A DNA stretch of 64,000 bases from Leucoraja ocellata. Lineage: Eukaryota. This document shows positions 61,354 through 64,000 of the stretch, in pieces. The notes under the pieces are model-generated. The model was not told the origin of the DNA, did not search any database, and was given only the letters and a program-made list of their open reading frames with translations. The first letter of the stretch is position 1. Each line of letters starts with the position of its first letter. The position numbers and the translations under genes are program-made. The DNA is taken from assembly GCA_036785375.1 (NCBI GenBank), contig JAWMAR010000174.1:4960001-5024000 (forward strand), read 5' to 3'.

Positions 61354-61699
61354 CTGCAAATCAAACAGCAGCATAGCTTCAGAGATTGACACGTTCGAAG
61401 GTGCCCTTTTAACTAAGTGACCCTTCAGCCTTTCCACAGATCTGCTGTCTCTCCAGGTACTAAAGTACTCAGTTGGCCCAAAGTCTAGGAGATAATACAC
61501 TAGCCATTCATGAGCAAAAAAGAATACACCTGCAATCTGAAACTGAATTTGACCATGTTTGGCACAGAGTGGGTCAAAGGGCCTGTTTCTATGCAGCAGC
61601 GCTCCAGGCTTGCTCCATGTTTGATGCCAACCCACAATCTCTATCAACGCATCTGTTTGCTTTCCATGACCTGCCAGATATATTAGAAAATCAAGAGTC

Positions 61700-62930
61700 G
61701 AGAGAACCCAATGAACTGGAATTTACTAATAGTCAAAAAACGCAGTGTGAAAGCTGATAAACACCAAGATTAAAGTAAATTATGTGCAGAATTTTGAAAG
61801 AGACGACTTCAGAGATGGTGGGTATTATTCCATGGTTTTAAAGATCCTGGAATTTTTCCGATGGATTGCAAGGTAGCCCAGTTTAATGAAGGCTGGAGAG
61901 AAAAAGGGGAATAATCAATCCATCAGGTTAATGTCAATGGAGTGGAAAATGTGAAATCTATAATCAATGATGCAATACTAGGATTGAGGAGTCAATATGG
62001 ACTTACAAATGAATTGTCCTAGAATGAAGATGCAACTTGTGAATAGACATGGTGCACCCAGTAATATGGTGTAATTGGAACTTCAGCGGGAACATAATGG
62101 TCAAAGCACTTGGAAGTGGAAGCAAGGGAGTGGCATGGTTAGAGAACCTGTCATTGGATAGAAAGCAAAGAGTGGCAACAAAGAGGTCCTTCCTTCCGTC
62201 AGCAGAGGTGACTATTGGGGAACTTCTCGGATCAGTGGTTGGGCCAAAGCTGATCACCATCTATCAACTAAGGGGACCGACCATACATCAGACTTGCAAG
62301 TCTGCACAATCCGATTATTGCATCTGTGATTATAGACTAAAGTATTATAGTATAGTATAGACTAAAGTGGGTGAAGCAGAGTATTTGTTCAATATCAGAC
62401 ATTGGGTGGTGCTTCTACACGTCACCAAAGTCAAACACGCAGGAAGAGTGCAAACTTAAACGGGCTCCATTTATAAACAGAAGTGCTTGATTACAGGGTA
62501 AAGAACACCTAGATAATTGTACAAGGCCTCAGTCAGACTGCACCGGGAGTATTGTGCACAGATCTAATCTTTTTACTTGAGAAATGATGGAAGTGCAACA
62601 ATGCTTTGCTGGATTTGTTCAGGGGACGGTGTGTTTCCTGTACAGAGATCGAGTAGAGCAGAGCGCAGAGTGTGGGGGATGAGGGGAGACCTCATGGAAA
62701 CCTACCAAACTAGGAAAGGCCTCGACAGGTCAGATGTTGTAAAGATGTTTTCTCTGACTGAGAAGTCTAGGAATGCAGAACATGTTGGAAATAAGGGGTA
62801 AGCAAATTAGGACCAAGATGAAAAAATAATTATTTACTCAGAAGATAAACCGTTGGAATCGTCTGCCCTGCCGCTCAACAATGAGCTCAATCAAATCAGA
62901 AAGAGAAGTAGATTGGTCTTGAATCTCATG
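61700..62930 (+). mobile_element. Old, heavily degraded CR1 ORF2 fragment
   Basis: WLENLSLDRKQRV..GSVVGPKL and RGDLMETY..KGLDR remnants. Confidence 0.7.
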
Positions 62931-63502
62931 AATAGTGGAGCTGACACAAAGGCCAGCCGACATCCTGCTGCTCCTTATTAAGTTCCTAAAACATTTGGCA
63001 CAGAAACATACCGGCTCCATTGCCGCCTGTTTTACCCCCCCCCCCCCCCCCAACAATGTGCGACAGGGAATTGAAATAAGAGAGGAGGGCGAATTGGACC
63101 CATCTGATATCATTCATCCTTCATCTGGTAATTCCCACTGCTCTGTATAATTGGGCAAAATTATTCTGGGATATGGTGCAAATATAATCAACCAATGGAA
63201 TTAAATGGCCCAAGTGAACAGATCACTCCTCCTGCTCTGAGACTTCACCTCCTCACAGAACAGTTCAACAGGACTACCTGCAATTAGCTTGATTCATGTT
63301 GTGCATCCATGTCATCTCTGCTTTAGTTCTGTTTTTATTTCATTTCTGAAATCTTGCTCATGCATTGGCTTCAGCATTGTCAAACAAGCAATTCTCCAGA
63401 CGCCAACCTAGCCCCTAAGATTCCTCGTTTCTTTGTCTGATTCCAGCATTTGCTCTTGCAGGGCCCAGTTAAACCTGTAGCGAGCGGGGTGTATCTGCTT
63501 AC

Positions 63503-63578
63503 CTTAATAGCTTCAACTTCAGGTCCTGTAGGACCTGCTTTCTTCTTCTCCCCTGACAATCCTGCACCTGGTGTGAAA
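63503..63578 (-). CDS. SNRPA1: SNRPA1 exon (FTPGAGLSGEKKKAGPTGPEVEAIK)
   Basis: ttaAG acceptor and AAG|GTAAGC donor. Confidence 0.95.
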
Positions 63579-63900
63579 CTTAAGGACACAGAGAATTTAG
63601 TCAATTAAGCTGCCACACAAGATCTTCTCTGGACCTTTAAAGCCACAATGTTTAAAAACCAGTGCAGTATCTGATCTTTTCATTAACTGATACATATTAC
63701 AACTCTGCCCTGAACAGATCATTACTTGAAATAACTTCCCTCAGAAACACAAATGTGCTGGGAAGGCAGCACTTGCTGAAAAGATCAGCAATTTGGAAGC
63801 ACTGTTGGTCTTGAATAAAGACATCTCTCTGGTTGATTCTTGCCCAATTGCAGTGTTTCTGAGGCAAGGCATCAAGTCAAGTGTAGTGTCTGTATCTTAC

Positions 63901-63980
63901 GTCTTGGTTTTCTTGGTTATATCCTTGGCAAGCTGCGCCCCACGTTTGCCTTTAAACATCCGATCCGCTTCCTGACGTTC
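63901..63980 (-). CDS. SNRPA1: SNRPA1 exon (ERQEADRMFKGKRGAQLAKDITKKTKT); gene continues beyond the window
   Basis: cacAG acceptor and AC|GTAAGA donor; matches recalled ERQEAEKMFKGKRGAQLAKDI. Confidence 0.96.
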
Positions 63981-64000
63981 CTGTGACGATACATCACATT

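Overview
Vertebrate genomic DNA, most likely a cartilaginous fish (skate/ray-like). That assignment is inferred from HE1/V-SINE, CR1 and Penelope-type repeats, not from a database search. The window holds four spliced genes in the order and orientation I recall for human 15q26.3. These are the last 9 coding exons of LRRK1 (+, 719-9488), a complete two-coding-exon CHSY1 (-, 36919-17175), a complete six-exon selenoprotein S gene SELENOS (-, 57334-46835) and the last 4 exons of SNRPA1/U2A' (-, 63980-59883). SELENOS is almost invisible in the ORF track. It carries an in-frame UGA (Sec) in the penultimate codon, a 10-bp stem-loop just after the stop that hides a splice-donor-like motif, a type II SECIS, and a UPRE/E-box/CCAAT promoter. 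Introns and intergenic DNA are rich in CR1 LINE fragments, V-SINEs, minisatellites and many short Penelope-derived repeats carrying minimal hammerhead-ribozyme cores. One Penelope GIY-YIG remnant links these repeats to their parent element. Other notable items are an apparently missing CHSY1 intron, a CHSY1 uORF, a perfect 22-bp intronic hairpin, a 21-bp-TIR element, and duplicated splice donors in LRRK1 and SELENOS introns. I found no evidence for a wholly new multi-gene system; the best leads are RNA-level elements. All orthology comparisons are from recalled sequences.
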